DNA of 64,000 bases from Candidatus Pacearchaeota archaeon (lineage in GTDB: Archaea > Nanobdellota > Nanobdellia > Pacearchaeales > GW2011-AR1), in NCBI GenBank assembly GCA_964202455.1, contig CAXNIJ010000001.1, positions 46,080 to 110,079 of the forward strand, written 5' to 3'. The position numbers and the translations under genes are program-made. The notes below the pieces were generated by a model. The model made no database searches, was not told the DNA's origin, and saw nothing but the letters and a program-made list of their open reading frames with translations. Each line of letters starts with the position of its first letter. Within the stretch, counting starts at the first letter, position 1. Positions 1 through 9,628 of this stretch are shown one piece after another.

Positions 1-258
1 AAGAATATTGCTTAAAATTGTGTGTGCCTCATGAGCAAAAGAAAAGCATAGGCGTTCCATAAAAACCTCTAAAAATTCGATACTATCACTCATATAAAAT
101 GTTAAGAAATATCTCTTAAAAACATTACCGGATCTCAACAGGACTAATCCACACCACAAGTCATAAAGAGAAGTTTGAAAATGCCTAAATTTCCTTAAAA
201 ATTTCTCATCGAAAAGTTTATAAACTATAACCATTATAAGAATTATAAGAGATATAAA

Positions 259-465
259 ATGGAATCGACAACAATCGCAATAACAAAAGAACTCAAAGAA
301 AAAATGAGCGAATTTGGAAACAAGGGAGAGACCTACTCTCAAATACTCTCAAAACTACTTGAAAGTGCAAGACTGCGTCAACTCCATGACCTCTTAATGA
401 ATGAAGAAGACTCTATCTCGATAGACGAGGCCATAATAAACGCTAAAAAGAAATGGCAAAAGTAA
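259..465 (+). CDS. Putative antitoxin (VapB-type/PF02697-like small antitoxin); paralogous to 26159..26392 and 28400..28618
   Basis: 68 aa. N-terminal TIAITKELKEKM...ETYSQILSKLLE motif is shared with two other small ORFs that each precede a toxin. Overlaps the downstream toxin ORF by 13 nt. Confidence 0.55.
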   Translation: MESTTIAITKELKEKMSEFGNKGETYSQILSKLLESARLRQLHDLLMNEEDSISIDEAIINAKKKWQK

Positions 466-791
466 TTGTTACAAAAAAGTTAGAAGAAGAAATACAAAAA
501 ATCTTCAAAAAAGAGTCAATAAAAATACTTGAACGCATGAAAGAACTAGAAAACAATCCCCATATAGGAAAACCAGTTGGACAGGTAAGTGGGATGCTAA
601 TCAAAGAAATAAAATATGAAAATTATCGATTTTATGGTATTACAGATGGTTTCAAATTGAAAATACTGGGACAAAACGAGCTACAAGACTTGTTAATTAA
701 GTTTATCAGAATGTCTGACAAAAAAAGTCAACAAAAAGTAATTGATAAAATAAAAGAGATATTGAGAAAGTTCGGAGAAGAAATATTCTAG
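453..791 (+). CDS. RelE/ParE-family toxin-like protein
   Basis: 112 aa; ...NPHIGKPVGQVSGMLIKEIKYENYRFYGI... resembles the RelE/ParE core. Translationally coupled to the upstream antitoxin-like ORF. Confidence 0.55.
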   Translation: MAKVIVTKKLEEEIQKIFKKESIKILERMKELENNPHIGKPVGQVSGMLIKEIKYENYRFYGITDGFKLKILGQNELQDLLIKFIRMSDKKSQQKVIDKIKEILRKFGEEIF

Positions 792-990
792 AATTTATAT
801 CTAGTTCTTTGACTTAAATCTTTATGCAATTTCCAATATATCGTACAACCGATATATTTAAGTACTCAAATATTATTAATTTTCTATGGAACAAGAAAAT
901 ATTCGTAAAGCCATGGAATGGAGATACGCAACAAAGAAATTCGATTAATCAAAAAAGATTTCAGAAAAAGATTTTAACTTCTTATTAGAC

Positions 991-1524
991 ATGGTTCGCC
1001 TTTCAGCTTCTTCTTACGGTTTACAACCTTTCAAGATAATTGTAGTTAAAGACGTAGCAATTAGAGAAAAGTTAAAAGATTCTGCTTGGAATCAACCTCA
1101 AGTTACTGACGCATCTCATCTAGTGGTGTTCGCAGCAAAAAAAACCATGGAAGAAAAAGACGTTCAAGAATATATTACATTAATTGCAAAAGAAAGAAAT
1201 ATTCCAGTAGACACATTAAATGGTTATAGGGACATGATGCTTGGATTTGTCAAGGGAAACAAACCTGAATTCTTAGCAGAATGGACAAAAAAACAAGCTT
1301 ACATCGCGCTAGGAACTCTATTAGAAACTGCAGCACTGTTAAACATTGACGCTTGTCCAATGGAAGGTTTCGACGCATCAAGATTTGACTTAATTCTAGA
1401 ATTAGATAAAATTGGTCTTTCAAGTGCAATGATCTGTGCTCTTGGATATCGCGCTTCTGACGACGAATCTGCAAAATACAAGAAAGTTCGTTTTCCAACA
1501 AGTTCTTTAGTAATTACAAAGTAA
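991..1524 (+). CDS. Nitroreductase-family protein. The N-terminus is interrupted: the same frame continues upstream to ATG 913 through an in-frame TAA at 946-948.
   Basis: SASSYGLQPFKIIVVKD...NQPQVTDASHLVVFAAKK is the typical nitroreductase core. The upstream in-frame peptide MEWRYATKKFD*SKKISEKDFNFLLD matches the canonical nitroreductase N-terminus. Confidence 0.8.
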   Translation: MVRLSASSYGLQPFKIIVVKDVAIREKLKDSAWNQPQVTDASHLVVFAAKKTMEEKDVQEYITLIAKERNIPVDTLNGYRDMMLGFVKGNKPEFLAEWTKKQAYIALGTLLETAALLNIDACPMEGFDASRFDLILELDKIGLSSAMICALGYRASDDESAKYKKVRFPTSSLVITK

Positions 1525-1529
1525 TTTTT

Positions 1530-2726
1530 CTATTTGGGCACAATCGTAGCACTAGAATAATTCTTCACTAATTCTCGAGAAAGTTTCTTTACTTCTGCCA
1601 AACTAACTGCTCGAATCCTCTTCTCTCTTGTATAATAATCTTCGGCTTTCACAGCAAGTTCATAAAATAATAGTTCTTGCATGACTCGAGTACTCTCTTC
1701 CTGAGAAATTTCTTGTAATCCAACTAACCTCTCCTTAGCTTCAACTAAATCTTTTTCATTCATCTTTTCAATATCTCTAAATCCCTGTAAAATCATTTTC
1801 TTCACTTCTAAAACTGCCTTCTTAGTCGTTCCTGCATAAATAGTATAATAAGAATAACTTTTTTCGGTACTTACTGAACTATGTATAGTATATGCTAAGC
1901 CTTTCTCCTCGCGAATCTTCAAAAACAACTGCGAAGACATTCCGCTTGCTAAATAAGCATCCATTACTTCAAGCACCGAATATTTTTTCTCATTCATTAA
2001 AGGCGCATGCATTCCAATGAGTAAATGTGCTTGATCAATTCCTTCGCGTTCTTCCACGCTTTCAGCATTTTTCTTCTTAATAGTCATTTTTTCTTCCTTC
2101 CTCTTTCCAGATATAAACTTCTTCTCTAGCCAAGCGCAAACTTTGTCAACATCAACATCTCCAACTATTGTAACGATATATTTTTCAGGAGTATAGTGTT
2201 TTTTATAAAAATCAACAACAAAATCCCTATTTAATTCTGAAACAGTTTTAGCACTTCCAATTATACCTTCTCCAAATGGTTTCTCATATAAGTTTTTAAC
2301 AATCATATCGTGAACTGCTCTACTTGGATCGTCATGATACATTTTAATTTCTTCAAGAATTACTCTCTTCTCTTTCTCAAATTTCTTCTCTTCAAATATG
2401 GGATTAAGTAAAATATCTCCTAGAATTTCAAGTCCAGCAAATAAATGTCTACTCGGTAATTTAAACCAAAATGAAGTGATTTCATTAGTGGTAAATGCAT
2501 TCACAACGCCGCCCTTCTTTTCAATTTCACGAGAAATATCTTCATGGGTGCGAGTTTTAGTCCCCGTAAAAACCATATGTTCAATTACGTGTGCAATTCC
2601 TTTTATCTTGCTGTCCTCTAGGCCAGCACCGAACCTATTGGATATACTAAAAGCAACAACGGGCAAATCTCGCTTTTCAACAATCACCCTCATCCCATTT
2701 TTTAATGTTCTACGAACAAAACTCAT
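1530..2726 (-). CDS. M16-family (insulinase/pitrilysin-like) zinc peptidase
   Basis: 398 aa with the inverted zincin motif HxxEH (IAHVIEHMVF) near the N-terminus. Confidence 0.85.
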   Translation of the reverse strand: MSFVRRTLKNGMRVIVEKRDLPVVAFSISNRFGAGLEDSKIKGIAHVIEHMVFTGTKTRTHEDISREIEKKGGVVNAFTTNEITSFWFKLPSRHLFAGLEILGDILLNPIFEEKKFEKEKRVILEEIKMYHDDPSRAVHDMIVKNLYEKPFGEGIIGSAKTVSELNRDFVVDFYKKHYTPEKYIVTIVGDVDVDKVCAWLEKKFISGKRKEEKMTIKKKNAESVEEREGIDQAHLLIGMHAPLMNEKKYSVLEVMDAYLASGMSSQLFLKIREEKGLAYTIHSSVSTEKSYSYYTIYAGTTKKAVLEVKKMILQGFRDIEKMNEKDLVEAKERLVGLQEISQEESTRVMQELLFYELAVKAEDYYTREKRIRAVSLAEVKKLSRELVKNYSSATIVPK

Positions 2727-2775
2727 ACATCTTAAAAAAGAAAATCCTTAATAAACCCTTCTTCCATATAATTTC

Positions 2776-3684
2776 ATGCCAGTCAATCCAGGATACGAAT
2801 ACGTCAATGCAGAAAAAAAATATCTTCAAGCATTAACTCTTGAAGAAAGAATAGTTGCGACTGAAGAAATGATAAAAACTGCTCCAAAACATAAATCTTC
2901 TGAAAATCTCCTCGCACTCTTAAGAACACGTCTAAAAAAATTCCTCGTAAAAAAAGAAAAGAACAAAAAAGTAGGAAAAACTACTCAAAAGAGCATAAGA
3001 AAAGAGGGTTATCAGATAGTCTTATTGGGATTTCCAAACTCAGGTAAATCTTCTCTCCTCAAAGCTCTCACAAATGCCAAGCCTCTAATCAGCCCAATCG
3101 CTTTCACAACAAGAATGCCTGAATTGGGCACCTTAGTTTATCAAGGAGTAAAAGCTCAAATAGTGGACCTTCCAGCAATAGGCGCTGAAACATTTGACAT
3201 AGGGATAGTAAATACTGCAGATTGTATTGTCATTGTAATCGAGTCTCTTCCAGAATATGAAAAAATTCTTTCTCTTCTGCCTAAGTCATACGGTACAAAA
3301 CAAATTGTATTTACAAAAGTTGACCTTCTATCTGAACAGGAAGAGAGAAAACTCCACGCGACTCTAAAGAGCAAAAAAATCCACGCGATTGTCGTTTCGA
3401 CAGAAACTAGGCAAGGAATTCCAGAACTAAAAGAACAAATTTTCCAAAATATGAATGTTATTCGAGTTTACACAAAAGAACCTGGCAAACCTATCGCAAC
3501 AATGCCTCTCGTCTTAGAAAAAAATTCAAGCGTTAAAGATGCAGCAGAAAAAATAGTAAAAGGATTTTCATCAACAGTTAAAGAAACTCGTATTTCTGGT
3601 CCCAGTAGTAAGTTCGCAAATCAGCGCGTCGGCCTTACTCATATCCTAAAAGACAAAGATATTATAGAATTCCACACTTTCTAA
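2776..3684 (+). CDS. OBG/DRG-family GTPase with C-terminal TGS domain
   Basis: G1 motif GFPNSGKSSLLKALT, DLPA(I) G3-like region, and a C-terminal TGS-like segment ending ...DKDIIEFH. Confidence 0.8.
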   Translation: MPVNPGYEYVNAEKKYLQALTLEERIVATEEMIKTAPKHKSSENLLALLRTRLKKFLVKKEKNKKVGKTTQKSIRKEGYQIVLLGFPNSGKSSLLKALTNAKPLISPIAFTTRMPELGTLVYQGVKAQIVDLPAIGAETFDIGIVNTADCIVIVIESLPEYEKILSLLPKSYGTKQIVFTKVDLLSEQEERKLHATLKSKKIHAIVVSTETRQGIPELKEQIFQNMNVIRVYTKEPGKPIATMPLVLEKNSSVKDAAEKIVKGFSSTVKETRISGPSSKFANQRVGLTHILKDKDIIEFHTF

Positions 3685-3806
3685 TATCAAGTTCTCCATA
3701 ACCAAACATATATGACTCCGTGAAAGAAATCGAAGCAGATAATTATTATCTCGCGCAAAACCAATCCCTAGCAAATCCTTATAAATCCTAAAAACTTCTC
3801 CAAGAT

Positions 3807-4307
3807 ATGCAAACTTGGCGAGAACTCTACCCTCTAGAAAGCACAAAGCCTCTAAAGAAAACTCTGGGCAGCATATTGGGATTTTTAATATTTATCTTTG
3901 TGGGAATACTATTTTTTACATTTGCAGAATCAAATCAAAATAAAGGAGATTTATCTTTTTTATCTTCATATTGGGTTTGGATATTTACGGCATTTATAAT
4001 TTGGTTCATCTTGAAATACATTTACGAAGTATTCTATATGAAATATTACTTTTATGATGCAACTCCTCAAACTCTCTCAATAAAAAAGGGAGTATTTTCA
4101 AGAAACGAAATAATTCTACCATTTAAGCGTCTTCAAGACGTCTATGTTGATCAAGATATTCTAGATAGAATATTCGGACTATATGACGTTCACGTAAGTA
4201 GTGCAACGGCAACCTCGGCAACACTCTCACATATTGACGGCCTAAACAAAGAAAATGCAGAAAAAGTAAAAACAATACTTCTAAGTAAAATTCACGATGG
4301 CAATTAA
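3807..4307 (+). CDS. Membrane protein with bacterial-PH (bPH_2/YdbS-like) domain
   Basis: Two TM helices, then YFYDATPQTLSIKKGVFSRNEIILPFKRLQDVYVDQDILDRIFGLYDVHV, a typical bPH_2 domain. Confidence 0.6.
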   Translation: MQTWRELYPLESTKPLKKTLGSILGFLIFIFVGILFFTFAESNQNKGDLSFLSSYWVWIFTAFIIWFILKYIYEVFYMKYYFYDATPQTLSIKKGVFSRNEIILPFKRLQDVYVDQDILDRIFGLYDVHVSSATATSATLSHIDGLNKENAEKVKTILLSKIHDGN

Positions 4308-4826
4308 ATGACTCAACCCTATCGCATTAATCTAGGAAAACAATTTTTCTGCACATTAGTTGAATCTTCCATAGGAGTTATTTTCATAGCTTTAATTTTC
4401 TTAATAATCTCAGCTTCTATAAATATTGAAAGCAATTCAATACTAATCGTGGCTAGTGGATGGTTGGGATTAATGCTTGGAATTATTATCTTGGGTGGCC
4501 TCTTCCAAGCAATTACTCTTTATTTCATTTCATATGAACTAACTCCACAAACATTAATCATGCGCGGAGGAATTATCGCTAGATACGAAAGAAACGTTCC
4601 TTTCTCAAAAATTCAACACCTTGTACTTTCACAAACACTAATGCAAAGAATTTTTCACTTATCGACCTTCTCAGTACAAAATGCAGATCAAGGAAACATA
4701 GTTCAAACTCATAACATACTTCTAGCAAATATCTCTCTTCCAGGTCTATCTAAATCAGATGCAGAAGCACTAAGAAAAGAAATAATAGGTAAAGTAATCA
4801 AAACTAAAGGTTCTGGAATTAATTAA
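4308..4826 (+). CDS. Membrane protein with bPH_2 (YdbS/YdbT-like) domain; tandem paralogue of 3807..4307
   Basis: YELTPQTLIMRGGIIARYERNVPFSKIQHLVLSQTLMQRIFHLSTFSV has the same architecture; it starts 1 nt after the preceding stop. Confidence 0.6.
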   Translation: MTQPYRINLGKQFFCTLVESSIGVIFIALIFLIISASINIESNSILIVASGWLGLMLGIIILGGLFQAITLYFISYELTPQTLIMRGGIIARYERNVPFSKIQHLVLSQTLMQRIFHLSTFSVQNADQGNIVQTHNILLANISLPGLSKSDAEALRKEIIGKVIKTKGSGIN

Positions 4827-4913
4827 AACAACTATTATCCGGAAACCATTCACAACTTAAAACATCAGGAATAAAATTCTTGACTGGCAGGGTTTGCGTC
4901 AAGTTCCGTGACA

Positions 4914-5546
4914 TCAATCTTCATCGCTCTTAAGTCCAGGCTTATCTAGTCTAATATAAGTCATAAAAATAAGTAAGGTGCTAACGACAAAATAAAGAAT
5001 CACTCTCATAACTTGAAACATCTCTGGGGATAGTCCGCTATTCTCGCCAGTAATGCGCATTAGATTTGAACCAAATGAAGTAAGTGCCGAGAACAATGAA
5101 ATATATCCTGAAAATAATATTACAAACACCCCTCCAGATAATAGGCCTGAACCAATACTCCTATATCCTAGCATCAAGAAACCTACTAAAATAAGTAATA
5201 TTCCCGCTAAACCATAAAGCACAAAAGAAATTACTTGATAATTTTGAAGTTGACTGCCCAAATTTTTCATACAAGATGATTCTGTCTTCTGTGCATCACG
5301 ATTACAAGAGTCATATTCTTCTGAAGAATAGACTTTAGACTGGCAACTTGAATATTCCGAACTGAAATCGTAGCCCTTTGGAGATTTTCCGCACTGCTTT
5401 TCAATAATTGAGGCACATAATGTCCCGCCATTGCAAGAGCCATATGACACATCTGGGGACTTATAGGCTAAAGAAAGAACTTCTACTATAAAAAAAGAAA
5501 CAAACAATGCAATACTTAACGCAGCAACAAGTTTCGCTAGTTCCAT
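4914..5546 (-). CDS. Cys-rich membrane protein, hypothetical
   Basis: N-terminal TM/signal, an extracytoplasmic segment with 9 Cys, then 2-3 C-terminal TM helices. Confidence 0.4.
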   Translation of the reverse strand: MELAKLVAALSIALFVSFFIVEVLSLAYKSPDVSYGSCNGGTLCASIIEKQCGKSPKGYDFSSEYSSCQSKVYSSEEYDSCNRDAQKTESSCMKNLGSQLQNYQVISFVLYGLAGILLILVGFLMLGYRSIGSGLLSGGVFVILFSGYISLFSALTSFGSNLMRITGENSGLSPEMFQVMRVILYFVVSTLLIFMTYIRLDKPGLKSDED

Positions 5547-5596
5547 TTTATCCCAAGAACAACCTTCCTTTTAAATCTTGTCTCATTAATAGAGTC

Positions 5597-5926
5597 ATGC
5601 AATTAATTCATAAACTCCTGATTTTCTCAATTCTGGGAATTTCCATTCTTCTCTTCAGCACTTCTCTTCCTCCAAAAGAAATTTATTCTGACAAAGGCCT
5701 CCTAATTTTGCTAGAAAATCAAAACATAATAACTAAAAGCAAAATCTCATCTATATCGACCACACAGACATTTACTTTCATTACCTTAGAAAATGAGGTT
5801 ATTGTAAAAGCAAACAAGAATCTTGATTTCATCAAAGGAAAGACAATTTTAGTGCAAGGCACAAAAGAGTCGTATGATAAAAATATTTATATAAAAGCAA
5901 AAAAAATAACATTCTTACAATCATAA
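5597..5926 (+). CDS. Small secreted hypothetical protein (start moved to the internal Met to avoid head-to-head overlap)
   Basis: MQLIHKLLIFSILGISILLFS is a signal peptide. The longer ORF 5507.. would overlap the 5' end of the divergent gene. Confidence 0.35.
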   Translation: MQLIHKLLIFSILGISILLFSTSLPPKEIYSDKGLLILLENQNIITKSKISSISTTQTFTFITLENEVIVKANKNLDFIKGKTILVQGTKESYDKNIYIKAKKITFLQS

Positions 5927-6025
5927 AAAAGATACACTACCTCAACTTAAAACATCGAGAATGAAATTCCGGACATAGAAGAATTCACAACATAATTTTA
6001 TATACTTCAAAATACTCAAATAAAA

Positions 6026-6622
6026 ATGAATCTCCTAAAAATTTCAAGCGTTGTTGCAATTCTTTTAGCCTTAATCTTCTTCTCTCATTCTATTCTAAAC
6101 TTACTTGGTTTTGCAGTATCAAATAAAGCAATTACTTTAGATGTAATCCCAGAAAATCTAAAGTCTTTCGTAACTTACATTCTAACAAATTTTCTAACAA
6201 TTATCCGTTCATTCACAATAATGGAATCTCTCTTTGGCGCCCTAATATTTTTTACTTTTGAAAGAATTGCCAAACTAAAAAATCTCCAAGCACTAAGAAT
6301 AACTTCAATTCTAGCATTAATTGCAGTTCTTCTCCCAGGAATTAGTACTTTATTTTCAATGGGTAGTTTCTCATTTATATTTGCAGACAACACAATCTCC
6401 CTAATCCTAGGTTCGACATTTATTTTATTCGGAGTCTCTCTAATAAGAATAAAAACTTCTTCTTGGGAAATGCTCACATCATCTTTAGGAATTCTACAAA
6501 TTCTTGAAGGTCTTGTACTAATTTCCACTTTCTGGATTCCATTGAGACTAGTAGAGTTTTCAATTGCTATTTATATCCTGCAAGCAGTTTTCTTCTGGAA
6601 ATTTAGTAAGTTCAAGAAATAA
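6026..6622 (+). CDS. Polytopic membrane protein, hypothetical
   Basis: 198 aa with about 6 hydrophobic helices. Confidence 0.4.
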   Translation: MNLLKISSVVAILLALIFFSHSILNLLGFAVSNKAITLDVIPENLKSFVTYILTNFLTIIRSFTIMESLFGALIFFTFERIAKLKNLQALRITSILALIAVLLPGISTLFSMGSFSFIFADNTISLILGSTFILFGVSLIRIKTSSWEMLTSSLGILQILEGLVLISTFWIPLRLVEFSIAIYILQAVFFWKFSKFKK

Positions 6623-7769
6623 TCTCATAGTTCATAAAAATCTTCCTAGAGCAATTCATAATTTCAAATTCTAACTCTTTTATCTTAATCATATTTTTTT
6701 CTTTTTTCTTTAATTCTTCCGCAGCTTCATTCTTTAGACTTAAAATCTCTTTCTCTTTCTTATTCAAATCCTCCTCAAATAAAAAAACTTCCTTTTCTCC
6801 ACCATGTAATTCAGGCACAACTTTAAGTTTTCCCACTAATTTATCAATATCCCCCAACTCCAAACTCTGTGCAGATTTCACCATTTCCAGAATTTCTAAA
6901 TGTTCATCTTCAAGAAGAGCGAATCTGAAATTACTTTGATATTTTTTCAGTAAGTTATTTTTCTTTTCATCGTGATGAAAACATTTTCCAAGCAGTTTAA
7001 AATTAATTCTATTTTTCAGAGAATTTAATTCATTTTCAATTACTTTTACATTCAATTCTTTCATTTTAATATCTTTCAAATATTCTTCGCCACTTCTAAT
7101 TTTCTTAATTTGCATTATATTAATTTCAACTTCTTTCTTACATTCACTAATATCTTTGTCTAATCGCGCCTTATCATTTTCTATTTCCTTAGTATGTTTC
7201 TTTTTATCTTCTAATTCATTAAATAACTCTAGAATATATTGAATTTTTTTAGCTTCTTCATTAATCTCTAAATTAATTTTATCACATTTTCTAAAATCTC
7301 TAATAAATGCCCCGATAACTTCTCTTGTGACTCTCATTTCTTCTCCAACTAGAAAAGTGGATTTCTCAAATGGTAAATGTGCAGAAGAATCGAAATCTTT
7401 TAAAATTGAATTGATTTTAATAAAATAATCGTTAGAATCATCTACAAAAGTTCCTCTAAGTTGAGTTATCAACTTTCTTAATAAAGAAATATAAAGAAAA
7501 AGATTTTCTTTTACAATAAATTTTATCTTTTCATGTTCTTTCTTCTTATCAATATCTACTTTTTCTAGTAACTTAATAGGTTCTTGGAGGCTTTCCTCAA
7601 GAATCAAAATATTTTCTTTGACTTCTTTCCTCAATTCCCCATATTTTCTCAAATGCTCTTTCTCTCTTTCCTCAATAATCTGGGGCAATCTTTCAAAATT
7701 GATCTTTTCTTTTTGAATTTCTCCCATGACTTCATTCCTCTGTTTCTTAAAAAGTCCAAACCATGACAT
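6612..7769 (-). CDS. Coiled-coil protein, hypothetical
   Basis: 385 aa, K/E-rich with heptad character throughout; no recognisable catalytic motif. Confidence 0.4.
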   Translation of the reverse strand: MSWFGLFKKQRNEVMGEIQKEKINFERLPQIIEEREKEHLRKYGELRKEVKENILILEESLQEPIKLLEKVDIDKKKEHEKIKFIVKENLFLYISLLRKLITQLRGTFVDDSNDYFIKINSILKDFDSSAHLPFEKSTFLVGEEMRVTREVIGAFIRDFRKCDKINLEINEEAKKIQYILELFNELEDKKKHTKEIENDKARLDKDISECKKEVEINIMQIKKIRSGEEYLKDIKMKELNVKVIENELNSLKNRINFKLLGKCFHHDEKKNNLLKKYQSNFRFALLEDEHLEILEMVKSAQSLELGDIDKLVGKLKVVPELHGGEKEVFLFEEDLNKKEKEILSLKNEAAEELKKKEKNMIKIKELEFEIMNCSRKIFMNYEIIS

Positions 7770-7845
7770 CTTTATTCTAATTAGTTAGACTATAAAAATA
7801 AGATGAAAGACTAAAATTATAAATTCCAAAAATCCTAATCACTAC

Positions 7846-9075
7846 ATGCTAATCGAACTCTCTCTAGCTCTCTTGCTTGGCGTCTTAGCTGGCACTTTCA
7901 CCGGCTTAGCTCCGGGAATCCACATAAATCTCATTGCATCACTCCTTCTTTTATCTAGACCAAATCCCTCAAAAGATCTTCTTCTCCCATTTTCTATCTT
8001 TATCATAGCAATGTCAATTACTCATACATTCATAGATTTCATTCCTTCAATTTTCCTAGGGGCGCCAGAAGAAGACACTTTCCTCTCAATTCTTCCAGGA
8101 CATGAACTCCTTAGAGATGGTCGCGGACAAGAAGCAGTTACTCTTACTCTTTACGGCGCGCTCTCCGCTATGCCTCTTATAATAATTATCTCTCCCCTCT
8201 ATTTATTCGCCCTTCCTTCATTTTATCTAGAGTTAAAATCCTTTCTCCCTTTCATCCTCATATTTATTTCAATATATATTATACTTAGAGAAAAAGACAT
8301 TCTTCTCTCAAGCATAACTTTCCTTCTTTCTGGATTTCTCGGATATGCTTCCTTTAACATTCCAATCAAAGAACCACTTTTTCCTTTATTAACTGGTCTT
8401 TTCGGCTTATCTTCTCTTTTCATCTCTCTAAATGAAAAAAACAGCCCAGTTAAACAAGAAATTCTTCCTCTTAAAAAAATCTCATTAACTTCTCAAGAAA
8501 AAAGAAACGGATTTTTAGCGGCGCTGATTTCAACACCATTATGTTCTTTTCTTCCAGGAATTGGGTCTAGTCACGCAGCAACTCTAGGCTCAGAAATAAT
8601 TACTCAATCTAAAAAAAGCTTCTTATTCCTTACAGGAATTGTCGGCACAACCGTAATGGCTCTCTCATTCATTACTTTAATTGCAATAAATAAATCTAGA
8701 TCTGGAACTGCCTCGGCAATACAAGACCTTATTCCAAATCTCTCTCCTCATTTACCTTTAATTTTTTTAACAATTATTATTTCAGCAATCTTTGCATTTA
8801 TTATTGGCACTTATTTGGCAAAATTATTCGCAAAATTTATTAATAATATAAATTATCGTTCATTGACGCTAGTAATTATCTACTTATTGATCGCCTTAAA
8901 TGTAAATTTTGCAATATTTTCCTATTTTGACAATTTAATCTCATTTTTTCTCCATATGTTAGTATTGACTTCGGCAACAACTCTTGGTCTCTTCTGCATC
9001 TTATCTGGTGCAAAAAGAATCCAGCTCATGGGTGCCCTAATACTCCCAACAATTATCTTCTATCTTTTCAATTGA
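7846..9075 (+). CDS. Polytopic membrane protein, DUF112/TctA-like
   Basis: 409 aa, 10+ TM segments, duplicated G-x-x-PG-I(G) motifs (GLAPGIHINL; FLPGIGSSHAATLG) as in the TctA/DUF112 family. Confidence 0.45.
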   Translation: MLIELSLALLLGVLAGTFTGLAPGIHINLIASLLLLSRPNPSKDLLLPFSIFIIAMSITHTFIDFIPSIFLGAPEEDTFLSILPGHELLRDGRGQEAVTLTLYGALSAMPLIIIISPLYLFALPSFYLELKSFLPFILIFISIYIILREKDILLSSITFLLSGFLGYASFNIPIKEPLFPLLTGLFGLSSLFISLNEKNSPVKQEILPLKKISLTSQEKRNGFLAALISTPLCSFLPGIGSSHAATLGSEIITQSKKSFLFLTGIVGTTVMALSFITLIAINKSRSGTASAIQDLIPNLSPHLPLIFLTIIISAIFAFIIGTYLAKLFAKFINNINYRSLTLVIIYLLIALNVNFAIFSYFDNLISFFLHMLVLTSATTLGLFCILSGAKRIQLMGALILPTIIFYLFN

Positions 9076-9115
9076 ACACCATAATACTTATAAAATCAAA
9101 AATCAAGTAAATTTT

Positions 9116-9526
9116 ATGCCTTACTCGCAAATGGACAGCCCAACATTAGAATTATTGACCAATACTAAAAGAGACTCATTAATTCTTCTACTCCATAATA
9201 AAGACAATTCTGGATATCTAGCAAGATTTAATGAGGTAATCAATGGGGGAACTCCGGAAAGCACTTATGCAGATACTTCAAAGCTTTTTGAAATATCTCC
9301 GGTAAACCTTCTCGAAGACTTATCTATTCCTCAAATAAGGCCCCTAGATATAAGAGGAGTTCCAAATTTAAATGAGTATTCTGCATATATTGGAAAACTA
9401 GAAATAAGAAATGCATTTTCAACAACTCCCTGGCTGGCTCCTTACGATGCACTTATGCAATATTGTGAACGACCTGAAGAAAGACCTCCAATTGATTTCA
9501 ATCAAATTATTTTTTCTTTAGATTAA
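9116..9526 (+). CDS. Hypothetical protein
   Basis: 136-aa ORF with no recognisable motifs. Confidence 0.3.
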   Translation: MPYSQMDSPTLELLTNTKRDSLILLLHNKDNSGYLARFNEVINGGTPESTYADTSKLFEISPVNLLEDLSIPQIRPLDIRGVPNLNEYSAYIGKLEIRNAFSTTPWLAPYDALMQYCERPEERPPIDFNQIIFSLD

Positions 9527-9543
9527 ATTTCTTTTAAATTTTC

Positions 9544-9576
9544 AAACCACTTAGCAATACTTTCTTGTTTTTCTTT
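9544..9576. repeat. 33-bp perfect direct repeat of the 3' end of the DP2 gene (second copy 9632-9664)
   Basis: aaaccacttagcaatactttcttgtttttcttt occurs twice, 88 bp apart; the copy at 9632-9664 encodes the last 11 codons of DP2. Confidence 0.85.
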
Positions 9577-9628
9577 ACCTCAAAAATAATTTAAATTCTT
9601 TATTTTTGCAGAGATAGAAAAAAATGAA

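Noticed and set aside
1250-1501. 83-aa and 60-aa minus-strand ORFs inside the nitroreductase gene
   Set aside because: Antisense shadows of a confidently identified CDS.
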